Shown here piece after piece: positions 1-11,048 of a DNA stretch of 51,364 nt. The notes under the pieces were generated by a model. It did not search any database. It saw nothing but the letters and a program-made list of their open reading frames with translations, and was not told the DNA's origin. The stretch lies in the sequence record SRR20825006_666; one strand, written 5' to 3'. A program made the position numbers and the translations under genes. Positions within the stretch are counted from its first letter, which is position 1, and every line of letters starts with the position of its first letter.

Positions 1-1238
1 CGAGCCGCGTGCGCGACATGTTTGAGCAAGCCAAAAAGAATTCACCATGTATCATCTTTATTGACGAGATTGATGCTGTGGGCCGTCACCGTGGTGCCGG
101 TTTTGGCGGCGGCAATGATGAGCGCGAACAGACATTGAACCAGTTGCTGGTTGAAATGGATGGCTTTGAAGAGAATGAAAGCATCATCTTGATTGCGGCG
201 ACCAACCGTCCTGACGTTTTGGACCCTGCTTTGCTGCGTCCGGGCCGTTTTGACCGACAGGTTGTTGTCCCAAATCCAGACGTGACAGGCCGCGAACAGA
301 TTTTAAAAGTTCACGTGCGCAAAGTGCCATTGGCGCCTGATGTGGATTTGAAAATTCTTGCGCGTGGTACGCCGGGCTTTTCTGGTGCGGAAATCATGAA
401 CTTGGTGAACGAATCGGCATTGTTGGCTGCGCGTCGCAACAAGCGTTTTGTGACGATGGTTGAATTTGAAGATGCCAAAGACAAGATCATGATGGGTGCG
501 GAACGTCGCACGCTTGCCATGAAGGAAGATGAAAAGCGGAATACGGCTTATCACGAAGCGGGCCACGCTTTGGTGTCACTTTTGATGTCCAACGTGTTGG
601 ACCCGATCCACAAAGCCACCATTATTCCACGCGGTCGTGCGCTTGGTATGGTGATGAGCTTGCCTGAGAACGATCAATATTCATTCTCCAAAGAAAAGGC
701 ATTGGCTCAGCTTGTGTTGGCATTTGGTGGGCGTGAAGCGGAGATCCATAAATTTGGGCCGGAGAAGGTAACTTCTGGCGCAGCTGGTGATATTCAGGGT
801 GCAACCAAATTGGCGACCTCTATGGTCACCGAATGGGGTATGTCTGAAAAGCTGGGTCGTGTGCTTTATAAATCTGACCCTCAAGGCATTTATGGCCCCG
901 CTAATGTGGATCATATGTCTGATGATACTGCGCGTTTGATTGATGAAGAAGTGCGGTCTTTGGTGGAAGAAGCTGAAACCAAGGCGCGTAATTTGATCAA
1001 TGAGAATGAGCAATTGTTTGAAGATATTGCGCAGGCATTGCTTGAGTTCGAAACATTGACAGGTGATGAGTTGCGCGCATTGCGTGATGGCAAAAAGCCT
1101 ACACGGTCTGACGATGACAACACACCAACCGCAAAAGCAACAGGTGTGCCGCGTGCGGGCAAAGCAGTGCCGAAGAAAAAGCCAAACGATGATGGCAAAG
1201 GCACTGAAGGTGATGCGGAGCCGCAGCCAGAAAATTAG
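1..1238 (+). CDS. ftsH: ATP-dependent zinc metalloprotease FtsH (5'-partial)
   Basis: Walker [32 protein letters not shown], Zn motif HEAGH; frame is open from the window start. Confidence 0.98.
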   Translation, partial: SRVRDMFEQAKKNSPCIIFIDEIDAVGRHRGAGFGGGNDEREQTLNQLLVEMDGFEENESIILIAATNRPDVLDPALLRPGRFDRQVVVPNPDVTGREQILKVHVRKVPLAPDVDLKILARGTPGFSGAEIMNLVNESALLAARRNKRFVTMVEFEDAKDKIMMGAERRTLAMKEDEKRNTAYHEAGHALVSLLMSNVLDPIHKATIIPRGRALGMVMSLPENDQYSFSKEKALAQLVLAFGGREAEIHKFGPEKVTSGAAGDIQGATKLATSMVTEWGMSEKLGRVLYKSDPQGIYGPANVDHMSDDTARLIDEEVRSLVEEAETKARNLINENEQLFEDIAQALLEFETLTGDELRALRDGKKPTRSDDDNTPTAKATGVPRAGKAVPKKKPNDDGKGTEGDAEPQPEN

Positions 1239-1265
1239 ATCGATCTAGTTCTAACTGCGAATTTG

Positions 1266-1290
1266 AAAGAGGCCTTCGGGCCTCTTTTTT
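1266..1290 (+). terminator. Intrinsic terminator of ftsH
   Basis: AAAGAGGCC-TTCG-GGCCTCTTT stem with C(UUCG)G loop, followed by a T-run. Confidence 0.9.
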
Positions 1291-1341
1291 ATTGTGTAGT
1301 CGGGTGCTAATATTTGCCCATTGGGAGCAGGAGATTACCAC

Positions 1342-1974
1342 ATGCCATCATTTGAAATTTTACTCGCGTTTTTTATCACGACTGCGATGTTTTCCTATTT
1401 GCCGGGGCCAGCAATGATTTATGTTTCCGCGCAAACAATTGCACGCGGACAATGGGCCGGGTTTATGGCTGCGCTTGGCGTTCATTTGGGCGGCTATGCT
1501 CATGTGCTGCTCGCCGCATTTGGTTTGGCTGCGTTGCTGACGGCTGTGCCTGCTCTTTATGTGGTCGTTAAAATCGCTGGTGCGGCTTATCTGGTTTATC
1601 TGGGTGTGATGATGATCGTTCGTCGGGAGAAAAAAGTTCACGACAGCGAAGCGCCACAAACGAAGAGTGCAAAACGCGCGTTTTTTGAGAGCATCAGCGT
1701 TGAGGTGCTCAATCCCAAAACCGCATTGTTTTTCGTGTCGTTTCTACCGCAATTTGTGTCGATTGATGCGAGCTTGCCGATTTGGGCGCAGATGGTGATT
1801 TTGGGCATCATTGTCAATGTGATGTTTTCAAGCGCGGATTTGGTGTGCGTACTTTTTGCGGGTTGGGTGCTAAAACGGTTAACGGGTCCAAGTGCCCGCT
1901 CTGCATGGCTTCAGCGGATTGGCGGAACATTTTTGATCGGCCTTGGCGCAAAATTAGCCTTGGAAAGGTCTTGA
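1342..1974 (+). CDS. LysE/RhtB family amino acid exporter
   Basis: PGP motif near N-terminus, GAAYLVYLG, LNPKTALFF; hydrophobic; GGAG RBS before ATG 1342. Confidence 0.9.
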   Translation: MPSFEILLAFFITTAMFSYLPGPAMIYVSAQTIARGQWAGFMAALGVHLGGYAHVLLAAFGLAALLTAVPALYVVVKIAGAAYLVYLGVMMIVRREKKVHDSEAPQTKSAKRAFFESISVEVLNPKTALFFVSFLPQFVSIDASLPIWAQMVILGIIVNVMFSSADLVCVLFAGWVLKRLTGPSARSAWLQRIGGTFLIGLGAKLALERS

Positions 1975-2081
1975 CCAAACGGCTAAAGGTATTATTGCCA
2001 TAATTTAGTTTTGGTTTTTGTTTAATAAGCATTTTTGATTTCGACATCGATAGGTCAAGCCTATCGCAATTGGATGGGTGT

Positions 2082-3425
2082 ATGGCACGGAAATATTTTG
2101 GAACAGACGGTATTCGCGGCTTGGCCAATGGGGAAAAGCTCACGCCGGAATTGGCATTGCGTGTTGGGCAAGCTGCAGGCATGGCCTTTCGACGCGGTGA
2201 CCACCGCCACCGGGTGGTGATTGGCAAGGATACACGTCGTTCTGGCTATATGCTTGAATATGCGCTTACTGGTGGCTTCACATCAGTTGGTATGGATGTG
2301 TATTTGCTGGGTCCGGTGCCGACGCCTGCCGTTGCAATGCTCACACGGTCTTTGCGCGCTGATTTGGGTGTGATGATTTCCGCGTCGCACAATCCATTTG
2401 AAGATAATGGCATCAAGTTTTTCCAACCGGATGGCTTTAAGCTTTCTGACGAGGTGGAAGAAAAGATTGAAGAGCTCGTTGAAAAGGGTGTTTCTGCGGG
2501 TTTGACCCAAGGTGTTGATATTGGCCGTGCGAAACGGATCAATGAAGTGACCACCCGTTATACCGAGTTTGCCAAGCGGACTTTGCCGCGCAACGCAGAC
2601 TTTACAGGGCTAAAAGTGGTGGTGGATTGCGCCAATGGTGCCGCATACAAAACCGCGCCAGAAGCTTTGTGGGAGTTGGGTGCTGAAGTTATCGCCATGG
2701 GTGTGGAGCCGGATGGCTTCAACATCAACAAGAATTGCGGTTCAACGTCACCAAAAGCATTGTGCATGCGCGTGATCGAAGAAGGGGCCGACATCGGCAT
2801 TGCTCTGGATGGTGACGCGGACCGCGTGGTGATTGTGGACGAAAAAGGCCAGATCATTGATGGTGACCAATTGATGGCGGCGTTGGCGCTTTATTGGCAC
2901 GAATTGGAGCGGTTGAATGGCGGTGGCATGGTGGCGACCATCATGTCTAACCTTGGGTTGGAGCGTTGCCTTAGCGATAACCAATTGCGGTTGGAACGCA
3001 CGAAAGTTGGCGACCGTTATGTGCTCGAGCGCATGCGTTCAGGCGGTTATAATCTGGGTGGTGAGCAATCTGGTCATATTATTTTGTCTGATTTCTCAAC
3101 AACGGGTGATGGCTTGGTTTCTGCACTTCAAGTGATGAGCCTTATACAAAAGCGCAATAAGCCCGTTTCAGAAGTGTGCAAAATGTTTGAGCAAGTGCCG
3201 CAGCTTTTGACCAATGTCCGTATTAGCGGCGGCACGCCTTTGCGTGATGACCGGGTGATCAAAGCGATTGCTAGCGGTGAACAAAAACTCGGCGCTTCAG
3301 GTCGTTTGGTTATCCGCCCATCAGGCACAGAACCCTTGATCCGGGTGATGGGCGAGGGGGACGACGAAACTCTTGTGAAGCAAGTTGTTGGCGAAATTGC
3401 CCACGTGATTGAGGGAATCGCTTAG
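2082..3425 (+). CDS. glmM: Phosphoglucosamine mutase
   Basis: [11 protein letters not shown], active-site SASHNP, DGDADR metal loop, GGEQSGH, RPSGTEP. Confidence 0.97.
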   Translation: MARKYFGTDGIRGLANGEKLTPELALRVGQAAGMAFRRGDHRHRVVIGKDTRRSGYMLEYALTGGFTSVGMDVYLLGPVPTPAVAMLTRSLRADLGVMISASHNPFEDNGIKFFQPDGFKLSDEVEEKIEELVEKGVSAGLTQGVDIGRAKRINEVTTRYTEFAKRTLPRNADFTGLKVVVDCANGAAYKTAPEALWELGAEVIAMGVEPDGFNINKNCGSTSPKALCMRVIEEGADIGIALDGDADRVVIVDEKGQIIDGDQLMAALALYWHELERLNGGGMVATIMSNLGLERCLSDNQLRLERTKVGDRYVLERMRSGGYNLGGEQSGHIILSDFSTTGDGLVSALQVMSLIQKRNKPVSEVCKMFEQVPQLLTNVRISGGTPLRDDRVIKAIASGEQKLGASGRLVIRPSGTEPLIRVMGEGDDETLVKQVVGEIAHVIEGIA

Positions 3426-3444
3426 GCAAGCGCCCAACGGATGA

Positions 3445-4380
3445 TTATGCTGAAGGCGGCGGTGGATACTGCCGCTTTTTTCTTTTCCTAGGTCGTATCA
3501 CACCTTCTGAAATGCCTACGCCTAACAGAATAATGCCGAATCCAACAAATTGCAGGAGGCTGAGTTGTTCTTGGAACAATACGGCACCAAAGATAATGGA
3601 TGCGGCAGGAATGAAGTAATTCGACTGGGTTACAAATGCCGCACTTGTACGGTCCAGCAGCACATAGAGGACAATAGTTGTGGCCCAAGTGGGTAACAAC
3701 GCCAAATAGATCACGCCGGCCCATGCACCCATATTGGGAGTGTTGGGCACAGGTTCAAAAATGAGTGCGCATATTGAGGCCGTAATGGCTGCAAAAATCA
3801 GCACGCCCAGTGACTTTGTCATGGCGGGCATTTCCAAAACGCGTCTGGAAATCAGCGAATTGCTGGCATAGCCCGATGTGGCAATAATCAACAATATAAA
3901 CGGCAGCAGCGAGAAGGCGACAGCGGCCGCTTCTTGATTATTGTTGCCCAAAATAACGGCGGTGACGCCAAGAAAACCTGCAGCTAAGCCCATAACCCGC
4001 AATAGTGTTGCTTTTTCCTCCGGCAAAAAAACGAGTGATAAAAGCATGACTTGGATCGGCACAGTAGCCATCATCAGGCCAGCGATTGAAGAGGGCAAAA
4101 ACTGGGTTGCATAGTTGATCAGCATGAAGGGCATTGCGGTGCCTAAGGCCCCCATAGCGGCGCATGCAATCCACTCTTTTTTGGTGTTTGGCAGGCAAAT
4201 ATTGCGCCAAAATGCAAATAAACCCATTAAAATTGCAGCAATTGTCAACCGCATCGCGGCGATCCACATGGGCGGAATATATTCGACAATATATTTGATG
4301 CTCACAAAGGAGCTACCCCACACAAGTACCAGAAATAAAAGCAAAATCCAGTCGCCAAATGTGCGTGATTGCTGAGCCAT
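3445..4380 (-). CDS. DMT/EamA family transporter
   Basis: About 10 TM helices, VWGSSF, two EamA repeats. Confidence 0.9.
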   Translation of the reverse strand: MAQQSRTFGDWILLLFLVLVWGSSFVSIKYIVEYIPPMWIAAMRLTIAAILMGLFAFWRNICLPNTKKEWIACAAMGALGTAMPFMLINYATQFLPSSIAGLMMATVPIQVMLLSLVFLPEEKATLLRVMGLAAGFLGVTAVILGNNNQEAAAVAFSLLPFILLIIATSGYASNSLISRRVLEMPAMTKSLGVLIFAAITASICALIFEPVPNTPNMGAWAGVIYLALLPTWATTIVLYVLLDRTSAAFVTQSNYFIPAASIIFGAVLFQEQLSLLQFVGFGIILLGVGISEGVIRPRKRKKRQYPPPPSA

Positions 4381-4467
4381 AATAGATCCTGAATAAAGTG
4401 GAATATCGATAAGAAGAGAATCTAACTATATCAAAATATTCAAAAAAAATTAGGGTTAAATTTTTAG

Positions 4468-4483
4468 GTTAAGTGCGTTTTAA
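4468..4483 (-). promoter_or_regulatory. CtrA binding site (TTAA-N7-TTAAC)
   Basis: GTTAA-gtgcgtt-TTAA on +, i.e. a perfect TTAA-N7-TTAAC on -, about 60 bp upstream of the OMP gene. Confidence 0.65.
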
Positions 4484-4545
4484 GAAAGAGCACGCATACT
4501 CCTTCTCGGAAAGTCAAGAAAAGTGGCTTGCGTAGAAGGATTAGA

Positions 4546-5247
4546 ATGATGCTTAAGTGGATTGGTGCTGCGTTGTTTGCAGCTGCCTCAATGTTTGGAA
4601 CAAGCGCGTTGGCCGCCGATTGGCCACAGCCTGAACCAGAATATCCTGAATTGCCAGAAGTAGATTACGGCCTTTCCGGTGCGTTTTATTTGCGTGGTTC
4701 TGTTGCGGGTAACGCAATGTGGGCGCGTAATGTAGAGTTTTGTCCATGTCCAAACTCGGCCACGCCGACTGATATGGGCTGGGGTTACAGCTTTGGTGCA
4801 GGTGCTGGTTATGAATTTGGCAACGGTTTCCGTACGGATTTGACCGTTGACTGGTTGCGGAACACTGGTTTGACCGCCAATGGCTATTCAGCTGATTTGC
4901 GCTCAACTGTTGCTCTTGCAAACGTTTATTATGATTTTGATTTGGGCGGCATGGGCCTAAGCGCTGACGGTGGTTGGCAGGGCTATGTTGGTGCAGGTTT
5001 GGGTAAAGCTTGGCACTATACATCAGCGACCCACGCGACAAACCCTGATCTTACAGCTGGTGCTGGTAACCGCTCTTGGGCTGGTGCTGTGATGGCTGGT
5101 GTTGCCTATGATATGGGCGCTGCTGTTGCTGATATTGGGTACCGTGCATTGTGGCACAAAGGGTTCTCAACTCAAGGCTCTGGCATGTGGGTGCAGGATG
5201 CAGTTGCGCACGAAATTCGTGCAAGCATTCGCTATCGCTTCTATTAA
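4546..5247 (+). CDS. Outer membrane beta-barrel protein, Omp25/RopB-like porin family
   Basis: Signal peptide ending ALA|AD, GAGYEFGNGFRTDLT, LANVYYDF, YVGAGLG strands, C-terminal aromatic RYRFY; usual position between glmM and serC. Confidence 0.88.
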   Translation: MMLKWIGAALFAAASMFGTSALAADWPQPEPEYPELPEVDYGLSGAFYLRGSVAGNAMWARNVEFCPCPNSATPTDMGWGYSFGAGAGYEFGNGFRTDLTVDWLRNTGLTANGYSADLRSTVALANVYYDFDLGGMGLSADGGWQGYVGAGLGKAWHYTSATHATNPDLTAGAGNRSWAGAVMAGVAYDMGAAVADIGYRALWHKGFSTQGSGMWVQDAVAHEIRASIRYRFY

Positions 5248-5267
5248 GCGCAACGCACATTCAAATT

Positions 5268-5299
5268 TAAAAACCCCGGTCCTTGCGCCGGGGTTTTTA
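5268..5299 (+). terminator. Intrinsic terminator of the OMP gene
   Basis: TAAAAACCCCGG ... CCGGGGTTTTTA inverted repeat. Confidence 0.85.
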
Positions 5300-5370
5300 T
5301 TTGGCCGACTCCAATTTTGTCCGACAATAAAAAATATTGACGCCGATGATAAATGCAACTATTCCGGTCA

Positions 5371-5422
5371 GTGGGCCACCCCTCCCCAACGAGGGGCGCC
5401 TATCTGAAAGGGTAGTGACATG
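5371..5422 (+). promoter_or_regulatory. serC leader RNA motif (alphaproteobacterial cis-regulatory element)
   Basis: Hairpin CCCCTC-CCCAAC-GAGGGG just upstream of the serC RBS (GAAAGG); upstream GTGGG could pair with the loop. Confidence 0.6.
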
Positions 5423-6580
5423 ACAGATATTTTGAAGCCGGACGTGCGCCCGGCGAATCCCAGATTCTCATCTGGGCCGTGCACAAAGCGTCCAAACTGG
5501 ACGGCTGAATTTCTCAATGACAAATTGTTGGGTCGGTCCCACCGTGCCAAGCCCGCCAAGGCTCGCATTCAATATGCGATTGATTTGACGCGCGAATTGC
5601 TCAATGTGCCTGATGATTATCGCATCGGCATTGTGCCTGCTTCTGACACTGGTGCTGTTGAAATGGCCCTTTGGTCTATGCTCGGCGCGCGCGGCGTTGA
5701 TATGTTGGCGTGGGAAAGCTTTGGCGCTGGTTGGGTGACCGATGTGGTCAAGCAACTAAAGCTGGACGATGTACGCGTTTTGGATGCTGATTATGGTCAA
5801 TTGCCTGATCTTACCCAAGTCGACTGGACGCGCGATGTTGTTTTCACTTGGAATGGTACAACTTCTGGCGTTCGCGTGCCCAATGCAGATTGGATTGCTG
5901 CGGACCGCGAAGGTTTGAGCATTTGCGATGCAACGTCAGCAGCGTTTGCGCAAGAACTAGATTTCACCAAGCTCGATGTCACCACTTTTTCCTGGCAGAA
6001 AGTGCTCGGTGGCGAAGGTGCACACGGGGTGATTATCCTTTCTCCACGTGCTGTAGAGCGTTTGGAAGGTTATACGCCTGATCGTCCATTGCCAAAAATC
6101 TTCCGTCTCACCAAAGGCGGCAAATTGATTGAAGGCATTTTTGAAGCGGCGACCATCAACACGCCATCACTTATGGTGATTGAAGATGTGATTGATGCGA
6201 TGGAATGGGCCAAAACATTGGGCGAGAACGGGCTGCAAAAGCGGGCCGATGCGAACTTCAATTTGCTCAATGCATGGATTGAAGCAACAGATTGGGTGGC
6301 CAATCTGGCTGAAGTGCCTGAAACTCGGTCAAACACGTCGGTGTGTTTGAAGATCGTTGATCCCGACATTGCTGCGCTTGATGCAGATGCGCAAGCTGCC
6401 TTCGCCAAGGCAATTGCAACGCGTTTGGACAAAGAAGATGTGGCCTATGATATTGGCGCATATCGTGATGCGCCAGCTGGACTACGCATTTGGGCAGGTT
6501 CAACGGTTGAAACTTCTGATCTTGAAGCCCTGACCCATTGGCTAGATTTTGCCTTCGCGGCAGAAAAAGCGGCGCTTTAG
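5420..6580 (+). CDS. serC: Phosphoserine aminotransferase (Methanosarcina/alphaproteobacterial type)
   Basis: FSSGPC, GRSHR, SDTGAVE, WNGTTSG, DATSA, PLP Lys in SWQK; directly upstream of serA. Confidence 0.96.
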   Translation: MTDILKPDVRPANPRFSSGPCTKRPNWTAEFLNDKLLGRSHRAKPAKARIQYAIDLTRELLNVPDDYRIGIVPASDTGAVEMALWSMLGARGVDMLAWESFGAGWVTDVVKQLKLDDVRVLDADYGQLPDLTQVDWTRDVVFTWNGTTSGVRVPNADWIAADREGLSICDATSAAFAQELDFTKLDVTTFSWQKVLGGEGAHGVIILSPRAVERLEGYTPDRPLPKIFRLTKGGKLIEGIFEAATINTPSLMVIEDVIDAMEWAKTLGENGLQKRADANFNLLNAWIEATDWVANLAEVPETRSNTSVCLKIVDPDIAALDADAQAAFAKAIATRLDKEDVAYDIGAYRDAPAGLRIWAGSTVETSDLEALTHWLDFAFAAEKAAL

Positions 6581-6600
6581 GCGCCTCCTAAAGTGAGACC

Positions 6601-6627
6601 GGTTGGCGGAATGCCGCCAACCTTTTT
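6601..6627 (+). terminator. Terminator-like hairpin between serC and serA
   Basis: GGTTGGCGG-AATG-CCGCCAACC followed by TTTTT. Confidence 0.65.
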
Positions 6628-6657
6628 CCCAAAATTTTGAAATTTATGGAGGCACTT

Positions 6658-8241
6658 ATGCCTAAGGTTCTTGTTTCTGACAAATTGAGCGAAACAGCAG
6701 TACAGATTTTCCGCGACAATGGCGTCGAAGTTGATTTCTTGCCAGACGTTGGCAAAGACAAAGAAAAATTGCTTGAGATTATCGGGCAATATGATGGCTT
6801 GGCGATCCGCTCTGCCACCAAAGTTACCGAGAAGATTATTGCTGCCGCTGACAATCTCAAAGTGATTGGTCGTGCAGGTATTGGCGTGGACAATGTGGAT
6901 ATTCCAAACGCTACCGCCAAAGGCATTATTGTGATGAATACGCCGTTCGGCAATTCCATCACGACCGCCGAGCACGCCATTTCTCTGTTGCTGTCTTTGG
7001 CGCGCCAAATTCCAGCTGCTGATGCATCAACTCGTGCTGGCAAATGGGAAAAGTCCAAGTTTATGGGTGTCGAGGTGACGGCCAAAACACTCGGCATTAT
7101 CGGTTGCGGTAACATTGGTGCCATTGTGGCGGATCGTGCTCAAGGCCTTAAAATGAAGGTCATTGCGTTTGACCCATTTCTTACGCCGGAGCGTGCGCTT
7201 GATCTTGGTGTTGAGAAAGTGGAATTGGACGAGTTGTTGGCCCGCGCTGACTTTATCTCATTGCACACACCATTGACCGACGCGACACGCGGCATCATCA
7301 GCGCTGAAAACATTGCGAAGATGAAAGATGGTGCGCGTTTGATCAACTGTGCCCGTGGTGGCCTTGTTGATGAGGCGGCATTGAAAGATGCGCTTGAGAG
7401 CGGCAAGTTGGCGGGCGCGGCCATGGACGTTTTCGAGGTTGAGCCAGCAACAGACAATTCATTGTTTGAGGCGCCAAATCTGATCGCAACGCCGCACCTA
7501 GGCGCGTCCACAACTGAAGCTCAGGAAAACGTGGCCCTGCAAGTCGCAGAGCAAATGAGTGCTTATTTGATGCATGGGGCCATCTCTAATGCATTGAACT
7601 TCCCATCTATTTCCGCTGAAGAAGCGCCGAAATTGATGCCATTTGTGAAATTGGCTGAAATGTTGGGTAGCTTTGCGGGTCAGTTGACGGAAAGTGGCAT
7701 TAAGGGCGTGCGGATTGAGTTTGAAGGCCACGTGGCTGATCTCAACACCAAGCCGATGGTTTCTGCCTTGCTCACAGGTGTTTTGAAGCCTTTGTTGGGC
7801 GATGTGAACATGGTATCTGCACCAGTTCTGGCGAAGGATCGTGGCATGCATGTTGAAACGGTCAACCGTGAGCAACAGGGCGCTTATGAAAACTATATCC
7901 GCCTGACGGTGATCACAGAACGGCAAGAACGTTCCGTTGCGGGCACCGTGTTTGCCGATGGCAAGCCACGTCTGATCCAAGTGAAAGGCGTGAACATGGA
8001 AGCGGAGATTACACCGTCCATGCTTTACATCACCAACGAAGATAAACCTGGCTTTATTGGTCGCCTAGGCACATTACTGGGCAATGAAGATGTGAACATC
8101 GCCAACTTCAATTTGGGGCGCGTGGAAAGTGGCGGCGATGCGATTGCGCTGATCAATATTGATGGTGACTTGAGCGACGCCCAAGTGAAAACAATTTCAG
8201 CCCTTGAAGGGGTGAAGCAGGCTAAACCACTTAAATTCTAG
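6658..8241 (+). CDS. serA: D-3-phosphoglycerate dehydrogenase (long form with ASB and ACT domains)
   Basis: GRAGIGVDN, GCGNIG NAD motif, NCARGG, TPHLGAST, C-terminal NEDKPG ACT domain; GGAGG RBS. Confidence 0.97.
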   Translation: MPKVLVSDKLSETAVQIFRDNGVEVDFLPDVGKDKEKLLEIIGQYDGLAIRSATKVTEKIIAAADNLKVIGRAGIGVDNVDIPNATAKGIIVMNTPFGNSITTAEHAISLLLSLARQIPAADASTRAGKWEKSKFMGVEVTAKTLGIIGCGNIGAIVADRAQGLKMKVIAFDPFLTPERALDLGVEKVELDELLARADFISLHTPLTDATRGIISAENIAKMKDGARLINCARGGLVDEAALKDALESGKLAGAAMDVFEVEPATDNSLFEAPNLIATPHLGASTTEAQENVALQVAEQMSAYLMHGAISNALNFPSISAEEAPKLMPFVKLAEMLGSFAGQLTESGIKGVRIEFEGHVADLNTKPMVSALLTGVLKPLLGDVNMVSAPVLAKDRGMHVETVNREQQGAYENYIRLTVITERQERSVAGTVFADGKPRLIQVKGVNMEAEITPSMLYITNEDKPGFIGRLGTLLGNEDVNIANFNLGRVESGGDAIALINIDGDLSDAQVKTISALEGVKQAKPLKF

Positions 8242-8290
8242 GTGTATTGAAATTCAGCCGGTGCGCGCTGCAGCGCGCATCTAATGAGAG

Positions 8291-8333
8291 CAGGGAAAGC
8301 GTGGTTGAGCAGGCTTTCCCTGTTTCGTTTTTT
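8291..8333. terminator. Probable terminator between convergent serA and slyX
   Basis: CAGGGAAAGC ... GCTTTCCCTG stem followed by a T-rich tract; a second palindrome lies at 8262-8279. Confidence 0.6.
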
Positions 8334-8341
8334 AGTCGTGC

Positions 8342-8554
8342 TTAATAGTGCGGTGGGCGGTCTACGATCTCGCCACCGCCATTGTCGATTTCTTCCATTT
8401 GGGCATAGAGCTTGGCAATTTCGCGATTGAGTTTATCGAACTCAGTCCATTGCTTGGTGATGGTTTGGTTCAAATCTTCAATGGTTTGATCCTGATAGGC
8501 AATGCGCATTTCCAACGCTTCGACGCGTTCTCGCAAATTCTTATTTTCACTCAT
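8342..8554 (-). CDS. slyX: SlyX family protein
   Basis: RVEALEMRIAYQDQTIEDLN and C-terminal PPHY signature; start set at ATG 8554. Confidence 0.92.
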   Translation of the reverse strand: MSENKNLRERVEALEMRIAYQDQTIEDLNQTITKQWTEFDKLNREIAKLYAQMEEIDNGGGEIVDRPPHY

Positions 8555-9530
8555 TGCTACCCTCTTTCTTGGCTTCGCGCTTTTTGGCGGAGCGCACCGC
8601 ATATTCTGCCATGGTGATCCCGGCAACAATAAAGATTGCCGCCACAAAGTGATAGCTTTGCAAGGCTTCGCCCAAAATGATCACTGAGAGAAGTGCGCCA
8701 AAGAGGGGCAAGGCATTGATGAACAGGCTGGCGCGGTTGGCGCCGATCATTTCCACGCCACGGGCATAAAATAGCTGTGAGAGAATAGAAGGAAAAAGGC
8801 CGGTATAGATCACCAAAACCCAGCCGAGCGGTGTGATTTTTGGGATTGCGGCAACAAACTCTGGCAGGCCACCCAGAAAGAGCTGGTAAAAAATTGCGCC
8901 TAGGGTCGCGAAGAAGAAGGTGACCGCAAGAAAGGTCATCCAATGGATGGTTGGGCGATAGCGTAGGCAAACCGAATAGGCGGCATAAATCACGCAGGCG
9001 ATGAGTACGAGACCATCACCAATATTGATGTCCATGCGGGCAAGCCGCATGGGATTGCCTGCTGTTGCCACATAAATTACGCCGACAAGCGTCAACACAA
9101 CGCCCAAAAGCTGCAATGGGTAGGCGCGTTGTTTGAACAGGACAAAATTGGCCATCATCACCATCATGGGAATGGAGGCTTGCTCAATCGCGCCATTGAC
9201 GGCAGTTGTGTGTTGTGCCCCAAGATAGAGAAATAGATTAAAACCGGAGAAGCCTACAGCACCGTAAAATGCCAAAAGCCAGAAGTTTTTCAGCAATATA
9301 GGCAAGTCTTTACGCAAATGCGGCCAAGCAAAAGGCAGGATGACAAGAAAGCCAAGCGTAAACCGACCTGCAATTAATGAGGTCGGGGAAATGTCGTCCA
9401 CGGCGAGTTTGCCGGCAACCATATTGCCGCCCCAGAACAGCGAGGTGAGCACCAAAAGCAGATAGGGCTGATTAAACAGTTGATGGAACGGATTTTTTCT
9501 TACGTTTACTGCGGATTGTGGTTTTGTCAT
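8547..9530 (-). CDS. DMT/EamA family transporter
   Basis: FWGGNMVAGK, two EamA repeats, GANRASLFIN. Confidence 0.9.
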   Translation of the reverse strand: MTKPQSAVNVRKNPFHQLFNQPYLLLVLTSLFWGGNMVAGKLAVDDISPTSLIAGRFTLGFLVILPFAWPHLRKDLPILLKNFWLLAFYGAVGFSGFNLFLYLGAQHTTAVNGAIEQASIPMMVMMANFVLFKQRAYPLQLLGVVLTLVGVIYVATAGNPMRLARMDINIGDGLVLIACVIYAAYSVCLRYRPTIHWMTFLAVTFFFATLGAIFYQLFLGGLPEFVAAIPKITPLGWVLVIYTGLFPSILSQLFYARGVEMIGANRASLFINALPLFGALLSVIILGEALQSYHFVAAIFIVAGITMAEYAVRSAKKREAKKEGSNE

Positions 9531-9696
9531 AGGTTCACTTTTGCTATATCAGCTTCGCTTATCAGGTTTTGAACCGGTTCTAAACACCCAAATGGACCGA
9601 AAGATCAGCTTTTGTGGGCATTGGGTATATAATTTGGGCATTATTCTGTCCCAATCCTGTGCCAATAAAAGTGGTCGTGAAGGAGAATTAAGTTAA

Positions 9697-10989
9697 ATGG
9701 CAAATGTTGTTGTGATCGGCTCCCAATGGGGCGATGAAGGCAAGGGCAAAATTGTTGACTGGTTGAGCGAGCGCGCTGACGTTGTTGTGCGCTTCCAAGG
9801 TGGTCACAATGCCGGCCATACCTTGGTGATCGATGGGGTCACTTATAAAACAGCATTGTTGCCATCTGGCGTTGTGCGCCCGGGCAAATTCTCCGTTATC
9901 GGCAATGGCGTGGTGGTTGATCCGCACCATTTTGTGAAAGAGCTGGCATTGTTGCGCGGCCAAGGCGTTGAAATTTCGCCAGAGAATTTGATGGTGGCCG
10001 ACAATGCGTGCTTGATCCTTTCGCTGCACCGTGAGCTGGATAGTTTCCGTGAGAACTCAAATGCAGGTCTGAAGATCGGCACCACAAAACGTGGCATGGG
10101 CCCAGCTTATGAAGATAAGGTAGGTCGTCGGGCTATTCGCGTGGCTGATTTGGCTGATCCAGAAATTTTAAAAGCGAAGATCGAGCGCTTGTTGCGTCAC
10201 CACAATGCGCTACGCCGCGGGTTGGGCATTGATGAAGTGAAAGCTGAAACCATCTATGATGAATTGATGGAAGTTGCTGACGAATTGCTGCCGTTCTCTG
10301 GTCGCGTTTGGGAAAAGCTCAATCAGATGCGTCGCGATGGCAAGCGCATTTTATTTGAAGGCGCGCAAGGCGCGTTGCTTGATATTGAGCATGGCACCTA
10401 TCCATTTGTGACATCATCGAACACCATTGGTGGGCAGGCTGCTAATGGTTCTGGCTTGGGGCCAGGTGCGTTGGACTATGTTTTGGGTATCACCAAAGCC
10501 TACACAACACGCGTGGGCGAGGGGCCTTTCCCAACTGAGCAAATCAATGAGATTGGCGAATATCTTGGTGAAAAAGGCCATGAGTGGGGCGTGAACACAG
10601 GGCGTAAGCGTCGTTGTGGCTGGTTTGACGCTGTTTTGGTGAAGCAAACGGTTCAGGTTTCTGGCATCAATGGCATTGCGCTGACCAAGCTTGATGTATT
10701 GGATGGCATGAAAGAGATCAAAGTGTGTGTTGGCTATGAATTGGATGGCGAGCGCATTGATTATTTGCCATCGACCATGCAGGGGCAGGCCAATGTTCAG
10801 CCGATTTATGAAACCTTAGAAGGCTGGCAAGGCACAACTGCTGGGGCGCGGTCTTGGGCTGATTTGCCAGCGGAAGCGGTTAAATATGTGCGTCGGATTG
10901 AAGAGCTGATTGGCACGCCTGTTGCCGTTCTATCCACATCCCCAGAGCGTTTAGACAGCATTTTGGTGCATGACCCTTTTCAAGACTAA
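9697..10989 (+). CDS. purA: Adenylosuccinate synthetase
   Basis: [40 protein letters not shown]. Confidence 0.98.
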   Translation: MANVVVIGSQWGDEGKGKIVDWLSERADVVVRFQGGHNAGHTLVIDGVTYKTALLPSGVVRPGKFSVIGNGVVVDPHHFVKELALLRGQGVEISPENLMVADNACLILSLHRELDSFRENSNAGLKIGTTKRGMGPAYEDKVGRRAIRVADLADPEILKAKIERLLRHHNALRRGLGIDEVKAETIYDELMEVADELLPFSGRVWEKLNQMRRDGKRILFEGAQGALLDIEHGTYPFVTSSNTIGGQAANGSGLGPGALDYVLGITKAYTTRVGEGPFPTEQINEIGEYLGEKGHEWGVNTGRKRRCGWFDAVLVKQTVQVSGINGIALTKLDVLDGMKEIKVCVGYELDGERIDYLPSTMQGQANVQPIYETLEGWQGTTAGARSWADLPAEAVKYVRRIEELIGTPVAVLSTSPERLDSILVHDPFQD

Positions 10990-11005
10990 GTTTTTTTCGC
11001 TACAA

Positions 11006-11020
11006 CTAATAAAGGGTTAA
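11006..11020 (+). promoter_or_regulatory. Near-consensus CtrA box
   Basis: CTAA-taaaggg-TTAA, 28 bp upstream of ATG 11049. Confidence 0.45.
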
Positions 11021-11048
11021 GACCCAACGGAATGAGTATAAGTAGCTG

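Noticed and set aside
9567-9584. Irr ICE-like palindrome TTTTGAA-ccgg-TTCTAAA between the DMT gene and purA
   Set aside because: Spacer is 4 rather than 3 bp, there is a mismatch, and the neighbours are not iron genes
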